Shown here one piece after another: positions 19,301 to 27,849 of a stretch of DNA of 64,000 nucleotides (position 1 is the stretch's first letter; each line of letters begins with the position of its first letter). The stretch spans positions 1,155,668 to 1,219,667 of the forward strand of contig NZ_OZ253579.1 in assembly GCF_965263005.1 (NCBI RefSeq), written 5' to 3'. The notes under the pieces were generated by a model. That model saw only the letters and a program-made list of their open reading frames with translations, searched no databases and had not been told where the DNA came from. Origin of the DNA: Candidatus Rariloculus sp. Lineage in GTDB: Bacteria; Pseudomonadota; Gammaproteobacteria; Steroidobacterales; Rariloculaceae. The position numbers and the translations under genes were made by a program.

Positions 19301-20094
19301 ATCTACAGCAGTCGCAGGTGCTGTTACGCATGCTCTATGCGGCTGAGTACATTCGGCGCGGCGCGGCGAACCAGGTCGCGGCGACCGAGGCCGTGACGAC
19401 GGCGGCGTTGCGCGATCTCGAGCGCAGCGCGCAGGAGGCGCTCGCGCTTGCGACCCGTGAAGCCGTGGAAGGCGAACAGGAGGAGTTCAATCCCAACGCC
19501 GAACTCGTCGCCGAGCTGCAGGCGCTGCGCCGCGAGTTGGCCGAGCTGACGGAAGGGCAGCGCGCGGCGGCAGGCGGGCAACAAGGCGGGAACCAGCAGG
19601 CGCAAGCAGGCGGCGCTCAGCAAGGCGACACCCAACAGGGCGGCGCGCGCGGCGGCGGAGCCAATGACAGGTTCGGTTTCGGCGGCGGACGTTTCAACGA
19701 CTGGGCGCGAGACGGGATCTGGGACCCGCGAAGCAACGGATTCTGGCAAGACGAGCAAGCCGTGGCCGATCTGCAGGATCGCCTGGTCGATGCGGGACGG
19801 GACCTGCTGACGCTCGGCGCGCAACTGCGGGCCGAAGGCCTGAGCGACGAGGAGCTTCGTGCCGTGCGCGAACTCGGCGACGCGTTGCGCGCTGGCCTGA
19901 CCGGCAACCCGGAACTCGTGGAGGCCGAGTTTCAAGCGCTCGTCAATCTTGCGGAGCAGCTTGAGATTCAGCTTCAAGCCGATGGCGCCGCGGAAAGATC
20001 GGTCGTGCGGACCGAGGCCCCGGCCCAGGTGGCCCAAGGCTTCGAGGACGTCGTCGCGGAGTACTATCGTCGTTTGAGCCGCGCGACGCCCTAG
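16369..20094 (+). CDS. large (1241 aa) membrane-anchored, coiled-coil, low-complexity protein (possibly DUF4175-like)
   Basis: The ATG overlaps the upstream stop (ATGA). N-terminal TM helices are followed by Ig-like beta-rich repeats (VVDLPEIERITLSYAYPDW..., VKVVRPGRDWRAS...ASDDFGLDGLELRYTV). Two Gly9 tracts, a QQG repeat and long E/Q/R-rich coiled coil follow. Confidence 0.8.
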   Translation: MTAQTQLEAYLADFRRRLKSLIMARGAAALCAFALVLTLTAVYFGTRRAFDPEFIIGARVVLVLVLGAALVGLLAYPLRALRRSRGVADIERRAPDLDGRIETYDGLKQSERGRASPFLGLLAADALKLAARIPVAFRIPRRELSIPTIIAVVAAATLVWFGAYGPDNWRYGVRHLWAGWVLDDTLPPQRIAVNPGDRAVRRGGDLAIGARAEGFDPVSMEVFARFEGDEDWQSAPMNAGGEEFEFTFFAVREPMRYYVSAVGVRSQEFDVQVVDLPEIERITLSYAYPDWADLEPLVEDPGYYIRAVAGTEVTVEVHTDAPLNAPTLTANGETLQMRTDSNVATATLEVSDEGEYFISTLFEQDPVKLTEDYFISVVPDNEPVVKVVRPGRDWRASNIEEVSVAIEASDDFGLDGLELRYTVNGGEWQTIELDVEGTEASGEEILYLEEMRQPVRQAVSSPGSPRGQPFPVTLEELRALRDELEQENAPDEPEGEPPAPTVRNLEPGDLISYYAVAEDRGRNVQTDLFFVEVQPFDRSYSQSSQAGGGGGGGGGQQQDEISRRQKEILVATWNLIRERDEEEQSFLDEQALNDNARMLAELQQTLADQARTLASRTRARQLTNADERIQKFVENLELAAEAMAPASERLAEVELAEAVPAEQEALQYLLRAEAVFTEIQVAFQRGGGGGGGGGLAGRDLSELFELEMDLDKNQYETEAPVAFEQEQENEVDEAIAKLQELARRQEQLARQAGRRNDQLTEQERWEQESLRRETEELRRQLEDLQQRIAQAEQQQGQQGQQGQQGQQGQQGQQQGQPGAGGGQSAQTAQTIQQLEEALQAMNRAGQPGGNVDPEQARRAIEQARRQLQQALEQMTAQRQQAAGEAFSDLADRSSDIYEEQRQLAAELQRELQNALDDQIDSGAATGGLDRRVAQDLSDRKYDLQQELEALEQDIQRIAQEYRNQTPGASEELSAALADLQQSQVLLRMLYAAEYIRRGAANQVAATEAVTTAALRDLERSAQEALALATREAVEGEQEEFNPNAELVAELQALRRELAELTEGQRAAAGGQQGGNQQAQAGGAQQGDTQQGGARGGGANDRFGFGGGRFNDWARDGIWDPRSNGFWQDEQAVADLQDRLVDAGRDLLTLGAQLRAEGLSDEELRAVRELGDALRAGLTGNPELVEAEFQALVNLAEQLEIQLQADGAAERSVVRTEAPAQVAQGFEDVVAEYYRRLSRATP
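18745..18816 (+). repeat. In-frame 9-bp tandem repeat (CAG GGY CAR, encoding QQG about 7 times)
   Basis: The sequence is caacagcagggtcaacagggtcaacagggtcaacagggccagcagggccaacagggccagcagcagggtcag. It translates as QQQGQQGQQGQQGQQGQQGQQQGQ inside the 1241-aa protein. Confidence 0.95.
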
Positions 20095-20316
20095 CAGCCC
20101 GCGGCGTGGTTCGGGGTTCGCCTCCAGGGGTGCCCGCCGGCGCCGCGCGCGGGAACATCCTGACCGTTGGCGCTGTCTTCATAGTCAAGAATTCTTTAGA
20201 GGCGCCCCAAACGCCGGTCCCGGCACGGGGTACGCTCGAATTGATGAGATAATCGACGGGCGAAGCAATCGATTCAGACGACACATTGTCGAGGCGCGAG
20301 CGGCGTAAGCGATGCC

Positions 20317-21018
20317 ATGGACAACGCGATCATTCGGACGCACGACCTGCAGCGCCACTATCGCATGGGCGGCGAGTTCATTCATGCGCTGAGCGGTGTT
20401 GATCTCATCATCGAACGCGGCGAATACGTTGCGATCATGGGGCCGTCGGGCTCGGGCAAGTCGACGTTGATGAATATGATAGGCTGTCTGGATACGCCCG
20501 ACCGCGGCGAGTACTGGCTCAACGGCAAACTCGTATCGGCAATGAACGATCGCGAGCTTGCGGGCATACGCAACACGGAAGTCGGTTTCGTCTTCCAGAC
20601 GTTCAATTTGTTGCCGCGCGCGAACGCGCTGCACAACGTCGAGATGCCGCTGATCTACGCCGGTTTGAAGCGCAAGGAGCGCATCGCGCGCGCGGAATTC
20701 GCCTTGCAGCGCGTTGGTCTGGGGGATCGCATGCTGCATCGGCCGAGCGAGATGTCGGGCGGCCAACGGCAACGGGTCGCGGTGGCGCGAGCGCTCGTTA
20801 CCGAGCCCAGCATCCTGTTGGCCGACGAGCCGACCGGTAACCTGGATTCGGTCACGGGCGTTGAAATCATGGCATTGTTTCGAGAACTCCACACGAGCGG
20901 AAACACGATACTGGTGGTGACACACGAAGCGGAAATCGCGGAGAAGGCGGAGCGTGTCATCTACTTGCGCGACGGCACGATCGCCGAGGACCACCGCAAA
21001 GAGAAAGTGAGGCACTGA
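20317..21018 (+). CDS. ABC transporter ATP-binding protein (MacB/LolD-type stand-alone ATPase)
   Basis: Walker A is GPSGSGKST, the signature is [15 protein letters not shown] and Walker B is [12 protein letters not shown]. The [10 protein letters not shown] block is typical of the MacB/LolD family. Confidence 0.9.
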   Translation: MDNAIIRTHDLQRHYRMGGEFIHALSGVDLIIERGEYVAIMGPSGSGKSTLMNMIGCLDTPDRGEYWLNGKLVSAMNDRELAGIRNTEVGFVFQTFNLLPRANALHNVEMPLIYAGLKRKERIARAEFALQRVGLGDRMLHRPSEMSGGQRQRVAVARALVTEPSILLADEPTGNLDSVTGVEIMALFRELHTSGNTILVVTHEAEIAEKAERVIYLRDGTIAEDHRKEKVRH

Positions 21019-21019
21019 T

Positions 21020-22567
21020 ATGCGCGCTTGGCTAATTGTCGTTCCTGCCGCCGCCGGGCTGCTCGCGGGCGGTTGCGAGACCGAAACCGAGACGACCGTC
21101 GCGCCGCTCTACGACACGGCGCCGCTCGAGCGCCGCGACATACAGGTCACGGTCGAGGCCGCCGGCGTGATCGAGCCCGAGACCACAGTCGAGGTCAAGT
21201 CCAAGGCGTCAGGCGAAATCCTCGCCGTGCATGCGGAAACGGGCGATGTCGTCGACGCCCAGACGCTGCTCGTCGAGGTCGACAAACGGACGCCGAGAAA
21301 CCGCCTGGCCGAGACCGAGGCAAACCTGATCGCGGCACAGGCGCGGCGCACGATCGCTCAGACGCAGATGGAGCGCGCGCAGACGCTGTTCGAATCCGGT
21401 ACGCTCACGGAGTTCGACTTCGAGCAATCGCAGCTCGAGTTCGCCAATGCGCAGGCACAGGTCGTAAGCACGGAAGTGGCGCTTGAGAACTCGCGGATCG
21501 CCATGGACGACACCGATGTGCGCGCGCCGATTACGGGAACGGTCATCGAGAAAGCGGTGGAGCCCGGGATGGTGATCTCCTCACCCACCCAGGCGGTCAG
21601 CGACGGCACGATTCTGATGAAGATGGCCAATCTCGACGCGGTTCAGGTACGCACGCTCGTAGACGAAACCGACATCGGCAAGATCCGGCCCAACATGCCG
21701 AGCCACGTAACGGTCGCCGCATATCCCAATCAACCTTTCGATGGCGTCGTACTCAAGATCGAGCCGCTCGCCATCGTCGAGCAGAACGTAACGATGTTTG
21801 CCGTGCTCATCCGTCTGGAGAATCGCGGCGGTTTGTTGATGCCGGGCATGAACGCCGAGGTGGAGATCGAGATTGCCGATCGTGAGTCGGTCGCCACGAT
21901 ACCGACAGCGGCGTTGCGGGCCGAGACCGATTTTGCGTCGACCGCTGCGATGCTGGGCATGAGCGAAGCTCAATTCCGTGCCGAGCTTGGCGGCGGGGTG
22001 CCGGACACGGCGAGCCCACCGCGCAACGTGTTGTCGGTCGGGGGCCGCGAGATCGAGCTGCCGAGCGGCGTGGATGCCGATCAGCTTACGGCGTTGATCG
22101 AGAAGCGCCGCAACGGCGGGACCCTGTCGGCCGACGAGCGGGCCATGTTGCGTCCCATCATGCAGCAAATGTTCGCCGACGGTGGCCCGGCCGGCGGCTT
22201 CGGTGGCGGTCCCGGGGGACCAGCCGGCCAGGACTTCGGCGGCGGTCCTGGTGGCGAAGGCTTTGGAAGCGGCCGCCGCGCGCCGCCGTCGAACGTCACG
22301 AACTATCAATTCGGCGGAGAGTACTGGGTCATCGCGCTACGCGACGGCAATCCTGTTCCGGTGACCGTTCAGACCGGTCTGACCGACCTGCAATACACGG
22401 AAATCGTTGCCGGTCTCGAACCTGGAGACACCGTCCTGCTGCTGCCGAGCTCGAGCCTGTTCGAGCAACAGACGATGTTGCGGGAGATGATCTCGAGCCG
22501 GTTTTCCTCGACACCGTTCCAGCAACAGCAAGGAGGCGGAATGCGGGGAATTTGGATGTTCCGCTGA
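21020..22567 (+). CDS. efflux transporter periplasmic adaptor (HlyD/MacA family) lipoprotein with Gly-rich insertion
   Basis: The lipobox is LLAGGC. Biotinyl-lipoyl and hairpin blocks are present (VKSKASGEILAVHAETGDVV, DVRAPITGTVIE). An unusual insertion of about 120 aa includes GGPAGGFGGGPGGPAGQDFGGGPGGEGFG. Confidence 0.85.
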   Translation: MRAWLIVVPAAAGLLAGGCETETETTVAPLYDTAPLERRDIQVTVEAAGVIEPETTVEVKSKASGEILAVHAETGDVVDAQTLLVEVDKRTPRNRLAETEANLIAAQARRTIAQTQMERAQTLFESGTLTEFDFEQSQLEFANAQAQVVSTEVALENSRIAMDDTDVRAPITGTVIEKAVEPGMVISSPTQAVSDGTILMKMANLDAVQVRTLVDETDIGKIRPNMPSHVTVAAYPNQPFDGVVLKIEPLAIVEQNVTMFAVLIRLENRGGLLMPGMNAEVEIEIADRESVATIPTAALRAETDFASTAAMLGMSEAQFRAELGGGVPDTASPPRNVLSVGGREIELPSGVDADQLTALIEKRRNGGTLSADERAMLRPIMQQMFADGGPAGGFGGGPGGPAGQDFGGGPGGEGFGSGRRAPPSNVTNYQFGGEYWVIALRDGNPVPVTVQTGLTDLQYTEIVAGLEPGDTVLLLPSSSLFEQQTMLREMISSRFSSTPFQQQQGGGMRGIWMFR

Positions 22568-22571
22568 TCCC

Positions 22572-23435
22572 TTGAATCCCGAGGAGCGGGAATTCTCGCT
22601 GCCGGGCATCAAGCTCGCGGCGCGAGAGTGGGGCGCGTCGGGTCAGTTGCCCGTTCTTGCAATCCATGGCTGGCTCGATAATGCGGGCAGCTTCGATCTG
22701 CTCGCGCCGCTGCTCGGCGGCTGCCATTTGCTCGCGCTGGACTGCGCCGGCCACGGCAAGAGCAGCCACCGCTCCCCCGACGCGTCGTACAACATCTGGC
22801 AGGACGTCGGCGACATCGTCGAGGTTGCCGATCAAATGGGCTGGTCACGATTCAGCGTGATCGGACACTCTCGAGGAGGGGCGATCGCGACGCTGGTGGC
22901 TGGCGCTTTTCCGGCGCGCGTAGCTCGCCTCGTTCTCCTCGAAGGCGGCGTGCCGATTGTCGGCGAAGCGCAGGACGCGCCGGAAAATCTTGCCAGCGCG
23001 CTGACCGAGCGCCACGCACTGCGCAACCGGACGGGACGCGTTTATACCTCCAGGGAAGCCGCACTGCGCGGACGAGCCGAAGGCTTCTCGAGTGTTGCCC
23101 ACTCGACTGCCGAGGTTCTCGCGCGCAGGTCCTTGCGGCGCGTCGAGGGCGGGTTCCGCTGGGATTCGGACCGAAAACTCAAGGCGAGGTCGGAATTCAG
23201 GTTGACCGAAGAGCAAGTCGATGCCTTCATCGCTCGAATACGGTCCCCGGTGCTTGCATTCCTGGCCGAGCGCAGTCCATTCGCGAATCTCCCTCGATTC
23301 GACAGGCTGCTCAGTGTCTTCCGTGACATCGAGCGGGTGACGCTGCCGGGCGGCCACCATTTTCACCTGGAAGGCGCCGAAACGGAGATCGCGCGACGGA
23401 CACGGGCGTTTCTCGGGTTGGCGAACGACGCCTGA
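22572..23435 (+). CDS. alpha/beta-fold hydrolase
   Basis: It starts at TTG. The oxyanion HG motif is LAIHGWLDNAGSF, the nucleophile elbow is GHSRGG, and the C-terminal sequence GGHHFHLE contains the catalytic His. Confidence 0.8.
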   Translation: MNPEEREFSLPGIKLAAREWGASGQLPVLAIHGWLDNAGSFDLLAPLLGGCHLLALDCAGHGKSSHRSPDASYNIWQDVGDIVEVADQMGWSRFSVIGHSRGGAIATLVAGAFPARVARLVLLEGGVPIVGEAQDAPENLASALTERHALRNRTGRVYTSREAALRGRAEGFSSVAHSTAEVLARRSLRRVEGGFRWDSDRKLKARSEFRLTEEQVDAFIARIRSPVLAFLAERSPFANLPRFDRLLSVFRDIERVTLPGGHHFHLEGAETEIARRTRAFLGLANDA

Positions 23436-23644
23436 GGGCGTCCCGCTGCCGATCCTCCGCCGGCAAAGTCCACCATGTCGCCGCGCTTCGGATTGACGCA
23501 GGCGCTCAAAACTCGCGATCGCGGAACGCCGGATAGTCCGGGCCGAACTTGTAGATCCGGTATATGCGTCCGGGGCCGGGCACCCGGTAATCGAGCACGC
23601 GCTCGCCCTGCTAGCCTCTCAAGTGTCTGTCATTGCAAGCCGAT

Positions 23645-24985
23645 TCAGGGACCGGCCATGTAGTCCATGATCAGGTGTGTGAGCACGCGTACGCCCGTTA
23701 CCAGCGCCGCCTCATCCGCGAAAAAGAGCGGCGAATGATTGGCGGGAGCCGTGGAAGCATCGACATCCGGCGGCGTCACCCCGAGCGTGAGATAGAGCCC
23801 CGGGACTTCCAGGGCGAAGAACGAAAAGTCTTCGGCAACGGTGCGAGGCACTCCTTCCACCATATTTTCGCGTCCGACCACCCGTTCGATGGTCGGCAGC
23901 ATCTGCCGCAGCAACTCCGGATCGTTCGCCGTCACCGGGTACTGATCGAAGATTTGCAACTCCGCCTCCGCTCCCGCCGCCTCGGCAATGTTCTGCACCA
24001 TCCTGTGAAACCGCTCATGCACCAGCTCCCGCGTTCCCATGTCGAGATTTCGGATGGTTCCGATCAACTCCACCTCGTCCGGAATGATGTTGCTGCGGAT
24101 CCCTCCATTGATCGCGCCGAACGTCACTACCGCCGGCGCCCTTGTGAGGTCCACCTGACGACTCACGATGATCTGCACCCCGGTGATGATCTGCGCCGCC
24201 ACTACGATCGGATCAACGCCGTCCCAGGGACGCGCTCCGTGGGTCTGGCGGCCCCTCACGGTCAGCTCGAACCGGTCCGCGCTCGCCATGATCCCACCGG
24301 CCCGGTGACCGATCTCACCGGTGTTGAGATTCGAGAACGAGTGCATGCCAAAGACCACGTCCGGAGCGTACCGCTCGAACAGACCTTCCTTCAGCATCAG
24401 CTCCGCTCCGCCCTCCTCGCCCTCCGGCGCACCCTCCTCGGCGGGCTGGAAAATGAACAGCACCGAACCCGGCAAGTCGTCCTTCAGCGCCACCAGGTTC
24501 TGCGCCACACCGAGCTGCATCGCCATGTGCGTGTCGTGGCCGCAGGCATGCATCACGCCCACTTCCTGGCCCCGAAATTGCGTGGTTACGGTGGAGGCAA
24601 AGGGCAGCTCCGTGGCCTCCGTCACGGGCAGCCCGTCCATGTCGGCGCGAATGGCCACGAGTGGGCGTTCCCGAGCCCCGCGCAGATAGGCGACCACACC
24701 CGTGTGGGCGATGCCGGTCTCCACTTCCAGCCCCATCTCGCGCAGCGCCTCCGCCACCATCTCGGAGGTGCGGAATTCCCGGTTGCTCAGTTCCGGATGC
24801 TGATGAAAGTCCCGCCGCCAAGCGATGACCTGAGCCTCGCCTTCGGCCGTGAGCCGGTCGATGGGCGATTCCTGGCCAACGGCGGATTGCGCGAGTAAAC
24901 CGGCGGCCACCATGATGGCGGCCAGTCCTCCCAATGCCGCGCGCCAGGGCGCACGGCCGGACAGTCGCGCCGGGATTTCTTGCAT
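23645..24985 (-). CDS. M20-family amidohydrolase (hippurate hydrolase / aminoacylase-like), secreted
   Basis: ORF 23645..25429 was trimmed to the Met outside repeat C (MQEIPARLSGRAPW...AAGLLAQSAVG signal). FHQHPELSNREFRTSE, RADMDGLPV and MHACGHDTH are M20D signature blocks. Confidence 0.85.
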   Translation of the reverse strand: MQEIPARLSGRAPWRAALGGLAAIMVAAGLLAQSAVGQESPIDRLTAEGEAQVIAWRRDFHQHPELSNREFRTSEMVAEALREMGLEVETGIAHTGVVAYLRGARERPLVAIRADMDGLPVTEATELPFASTVTTQFRGQEVGVMHACGHDTHMAMQLGVAQNLVALKDDLPGSVLFIFQPAEEGAPEGEEGGAELMLKEGLFERYAPDVVFGMHSFSNLNTGEIGHRAGGIMASADRFELTVRGRQTHGARPWDGVDPIVVAAQIITGVQIIVSRQVDLTRAPAVVTFGAINGGIRSNIIPDEVELIGTIRNLDMGTRELVHERFHRMVQNIAEAAGAEAELQIFDQYPVTANDPELLRQMLPTIERVVGRENMVEGVPRTVAEDFSFFALEVPGLYLTLGVTPPDVDASTAPANHSPLFFADEAALVTGVRVLTHLIMDYMAGP

Positions 24986-25017
24986 GCAAACGACTGAATT
25001 CACGAAGCGTAGCCTTG

Positions 25018-25213
25018 AGCAGCCCGTGGCAAAAGCCCCGCTGCATGGGGCGGAAGACCGCCTCGCCGAAGACGTCTGATCAACCGGCGATGCATCCCGG
25101 CTGAGCTGCGTTGCTCGTCGCTCAAGTATGTTCAATATTCTTACTCCTCGCGCCTTGTCAGGCGGGCGCCTCGCCGGTCTCGGTGCAACGCGGGGGATTT
25201 GCCACGGGTTGCT
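25018..25213 (+). repeat. Palindromic MITE/REP-like element, copy C (long form, about 196 bp)
   Basis: It reads AGCAGCCCGTGGCAAAAGCCCCGCTGCATGGGGCGGAAGACCGCCTCGCCGAAGACG...CAAGTATGTTCAATATTCTTAC...GCGGGGGATTTGCCACGGGTTGCT. It lies in the divergent promoter gap between the M20 and NHL genes. Confidence 0.9.
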
Positions 25214-25442
25214 GGATGAGCTGATACGATGCCGGCATGATCGTGCCCCACCCTTTACGGGTTGGCAAGCTGGTTGCAACGAAGCGGGAAGGACCGTCCC
25301 TTGAGGCACGCAGTTCCTGTGCAGGCGGAATGCCGTTAACATGAAGCACGGCCGTTCCTGCCAGCAGTGTGTCTCGCCCGGTCCTTTTCGGGAGCGGGCG
25401 AGACAGGTGCTCGACCGGCGCACACACAAGAAGGGGGATGGT

Positions 25443-26651
25443 GTGAATACGAAATCGTGGACCGTCGCGGCGCTTGCCGCAGTGTTGTTGCTGACCTTGA
25501 CGGGTTGTTCGCAGGACCAATCATCGATGCCGGCGGACCAATCATCGGCACCGGAGGAACAGAGCGATGCCGGAGCCGGCAGTACGTCCGGCTCAGACGT
25601 GCCTCGCTACGAAGTCGATGCCGCGTGGCCCGGACCGCTTCCCGAAAACTGGATACTTGGCCAGGTCGCGGGAATCGCGGTCGATTCGCGCGATCACGTC
25701 TGGTTCGTGCATCGGCCAAGAACGATCACGGCGCACGAAGCAGGCGCCGTCCAGAATCCGCCGACGGCGGACTGCTGCACACCGGCGCCGTCGGTCGTCG
25801 AATTCGATGCCGACGGCCAGTTCGTCCAGGCCTGGGGCGGCCCGACCTGGGATCAGGAATCCGGTGCATGGATCGATTCCGAAGACGACTGGCCGTTCAA
25901 CGAGCACGGCATCTTCGTCGATGCCGAGGACAACGTGTGGGTCGCCGGGAACGGCGACACCGACCACATCGTGCTCAAGCTGCGTCCCGATGGGACGCGG
26001 CTGTTGACGATCGGCCGGCTGAACGAGAACGGCGGCAGCAACGACACCGAACGCCTCGGCCGGCCGGCCGATATCGCCGTTGATGTCGATGCGCGCGAGG
26101 TCTATGTGGCGGATGGGTATCTCAACCGGCGCGTCATCGTCTTCAATCTGGATACCGGCGCATACAAGCGCCATTGGGGCGCGTACGGCAATATGCCGTC
26201 AGACGACGCGTTACCCGCTTACGAGCCCGGAGGCGAGCCGTTTCGCGATTTCAGCGGGCCCGTGCACGGGATCGAGCTTACTAGCGACGGCCGGGTCTAC
26301 GTGGCCGATAGAACCAGCAATCGGATCCAGGTGTTCGAGCGTGACGGAACCTTCCTGTCCGAGCACATCATCGCCCCGTGGACGCTCGACCAGGGGGGCG
26401 TATGGGATATCGAGCGGGCCGCGTTCGCGGACGAGGCCTGGCTCTTCGTCGCCGATGGCCACAACAAGAAAATCTGGATACTCGAGCGCGAAACGATGGA
26501 GGTGGTTGGCTCGATCGGCCGCGGCGGCAGGCAAGCCGGGCAGTTCGAATGGGTGCACAATATCGCGTCCGACTCCGAGGGCAATCTCTACACATCTGAA
26601 GTCAACACCGGCAAGCGCGTTCAGAAGTTTCGCCGTATCGTCACCGAATAG
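25443..26651 (+). CDS. NHL-repeat beta-propeller lipoprotein
   Basis: A GTG start is preceded by AAGGGGGA. The lipobox is LLLTLTGC. There are repeated NHL-like blades (RPADIAVD...VYVADGYLNRRVIVF; VHGIELTSDGRVYVADRTSNRIQVF; VHNIASDSEGNLYTSEVNTGKRVQKF). Confidence 0.75.
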   Translation: MNTKSWTVAALAAVLLLTLTGCSQDQSSMPADQSSAPEEQSDAGAGSTSGSDVPRYEVDAAWPGPLPENWILGQVAGIAVDSRDHVWFVHRPRTITAHEAGAVQNPPTADCCTPAPSVVEFDADGQFVQAWGGPTWDQESGAWIDSEDDWPFNEHGIFVDAEDNVWVAGNGDTDHIVLKLRPDGTRLLTIGRLNENGGSNDTERLGRPADIAVDVDAREVYVADGYLNRRVIVFNLDTGAYKRHWGAYGNMPSDDALPAYEPGGEPFRDFSGPVHGIELTSDGRVYVADRTSNRIQVFERDGTFLSEHIIAPWTLDQGGVWDIERAAFADEAWLFVADGHNKKIWILERETMEVVGSIGRGGRQAGQFEWVHNIASDSEGNLYTSEVNTGKRVQKFRRIVTE

Positions 26652-26682
26652 CAAAGCCCCCGGTACGGCGCGGAAGGGGCTG

Positions 26683-26843
26683 GCAGCCCATGGCGAAAGC
26701 CCCTCTGCATTCGACCCGCGATGCGGCCCGGACCACCGCGTCGCTCGTCGGTCGAATATGCCCGGTTCTCTCACTCCTCGCGCCTTGCCGGCCGGGCGCC
26801 CGGCCGGTCTTGGTGTGACGCGGGACTCTTGTCACGGGCTGGC
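26683..26843 (+). repeat. Palindromic MITE/REP-like element, copy D (short, more diverged)
   Basis: It reads GCAGCCCATGGCGAAAGCCCCTCTGCAT...CGAATATGCCCGGTTCTCTCAC...GCGGGACTCTTGTCACGGGCTGG and aligns end to end with copy B. Confidence 0.85.
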
Positions 26844-26932
26844 AGGCTTGGCACGGGTCCGGTCCACGATGGAATCGCGCTCGCATTCCGCTCCGCGGAC
26901 GTTTATATTTCTTCCCGAATGGAGGAAAGGTA

Positions 26933-27556
26933 ATGGCGACGAGCATTGCGCTCCAAACCCTGTCGGCAAACGAGGCCGCCTGCGTTACCGGCATTCCCCT
27001 GAAACAGGTGCACCGCATCATCGACACCGGCCTGTTGGGGAGCGCCGCAAAAAACCGCAAAGGCTCCCGCGTTGTTCTTCGCGGCGGCCTGGTGGGTCTG
27101 AAGCTCGCTTACGAGACGACGGACATCCTCACCCTCGATGGACGTCGGCGACTCGTGCGCTATCTTCTCGACCATCCGCGGGCTACGGCGGCGCGCGAGA
27201 GCAACGTGTCCGTCAACGTACAGCCCATGAAGGGTGAAGTACGAAAAGGGTTGTCCATGCTTGCAAGGGCCAGAAAAATGATCGCGGCCGACAAGGGCAT
27301 ATTGTCCGGGACCGCGTGCATCAAGGGAACGCGCGTTCCCGCTCACGACATTGCCGAAATGCTCGCCAATGGCGACAGCGTTCGGGCCATCCGGAAGGCT
27401 TATCCTGCGCTCACCGACGCGCAGATCGAGGCAGCGGCCCTCTACGCACGGGCCTACCCCCGCCGTGGCCGTCCCCGCCGCGGACCCTCTTGGCGCGACC
27501 GCAAGCAGATCGTCTCGAACGAGGCCGCGTTTGACGAGTTGCCTCTATCCCGTTGA
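26933..27556 (+). CDS. DUF433 domain-containing protein (antitoxin-like, HTH N-terminus)
   Basis: The SD is GGAGGAAAGG. The C-terminal sequence ILSGTACIKGTRVPAHDIAEMLANGDSVRAIRKAYPALTDAQIEAAALYA is the DUF433 pattern. The N-terminus is MerR-like (ANEAACVTGIPLKQVHRII). Confidence 0.75.
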   Translation: MATSIALQTLSANEAACVTGIPLKQVHRIIDTGLLGSAAKNRKGSRVVLRGGLVGLKLAYETTDILTLDGRRRLVRYLLDHPRATAARESNVSVNVQPMKGEVRKGLSMLARARKMIAADKGILSGTACIKGTRVPAHDIAEMLANGDSVRAIRKAYPALTDAQIEAAALYARAYPRRGRPRRGPSWRDRKQIVSNEAAFDELPLSR

Positions 27557-27678
27557 AATTCCTGATTGACGAATGTCTGAGCCCCGCGCCCGCGGTCATC
27601 GCCCGAAATCGGGGGTTCCCGCAATCCACGCACGTGTGGTCAGCGACAATTAAAACTTTCATTTTGATTGCACTGTAG
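27553..27678 (+). pseudogene. truncated DUF5615 / PIN-like toxin gene (only about 29 N-terminal codons retained)
   Basis: The TTG overlaps the DUF433 stop (TTGA). LKFLIDECLSPAPAVIARNRGFPQSTHVW matches the M(K/R)FLxDENLxxxLxxxLxxxGhxxxHV start of DUF5615 proteins. The sequence then becomes AT-rich and stops after 41 codons, whereas family members are about 110-120 aa. Confidence 0.45.
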
Positions 27679-27849
27679 ACGAGACGATCCATTCGGTCCG
27701 CGGCTCTGCACGAGGTACGTCTTGCGCCCCATGCAATAGAGCCGCACCCCGAGGCCCGGCAGGCCCCGATCCCAAAACACGAGGTGCTTGCCATCGGCAA
27801 ACAACGCATCCACCATGCGGTTGGAAATTCTGTAAGACTGTCGTCGAGG
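27679..27849 (-). pseudogene. tyrosine integrase fragment (N-terminal Arm/DUF4102-type domain only)
   Basis: Within ORF 27640..27978, RISNRMVDALFADGKHLVFWDRGLPGLGVRLYCMGRKTYLVQSRGPNGSSR matches the xFWDxxLxGFGVRVxxSGxKxYxVQxR motif of phage/ICE integrase N-termini. The catalytic domain is absent and there is no convincing start codon. Confidence 0.55.

Noticed and set aside
23500-23600. A short minus-strand frame, (GTG)VLDYRVPGPGRIYRIYKFGPDYPAFRDREF*, in the convergent gap between the hydrolase and M20 genes. It could be a gene remnant.
   Set aside because: Only about 30 codons are open, bounded upstream by an in-frame TAG. There is no recognisable family and no SD, so the evidence is insufficient to call a gene or pseudogene.
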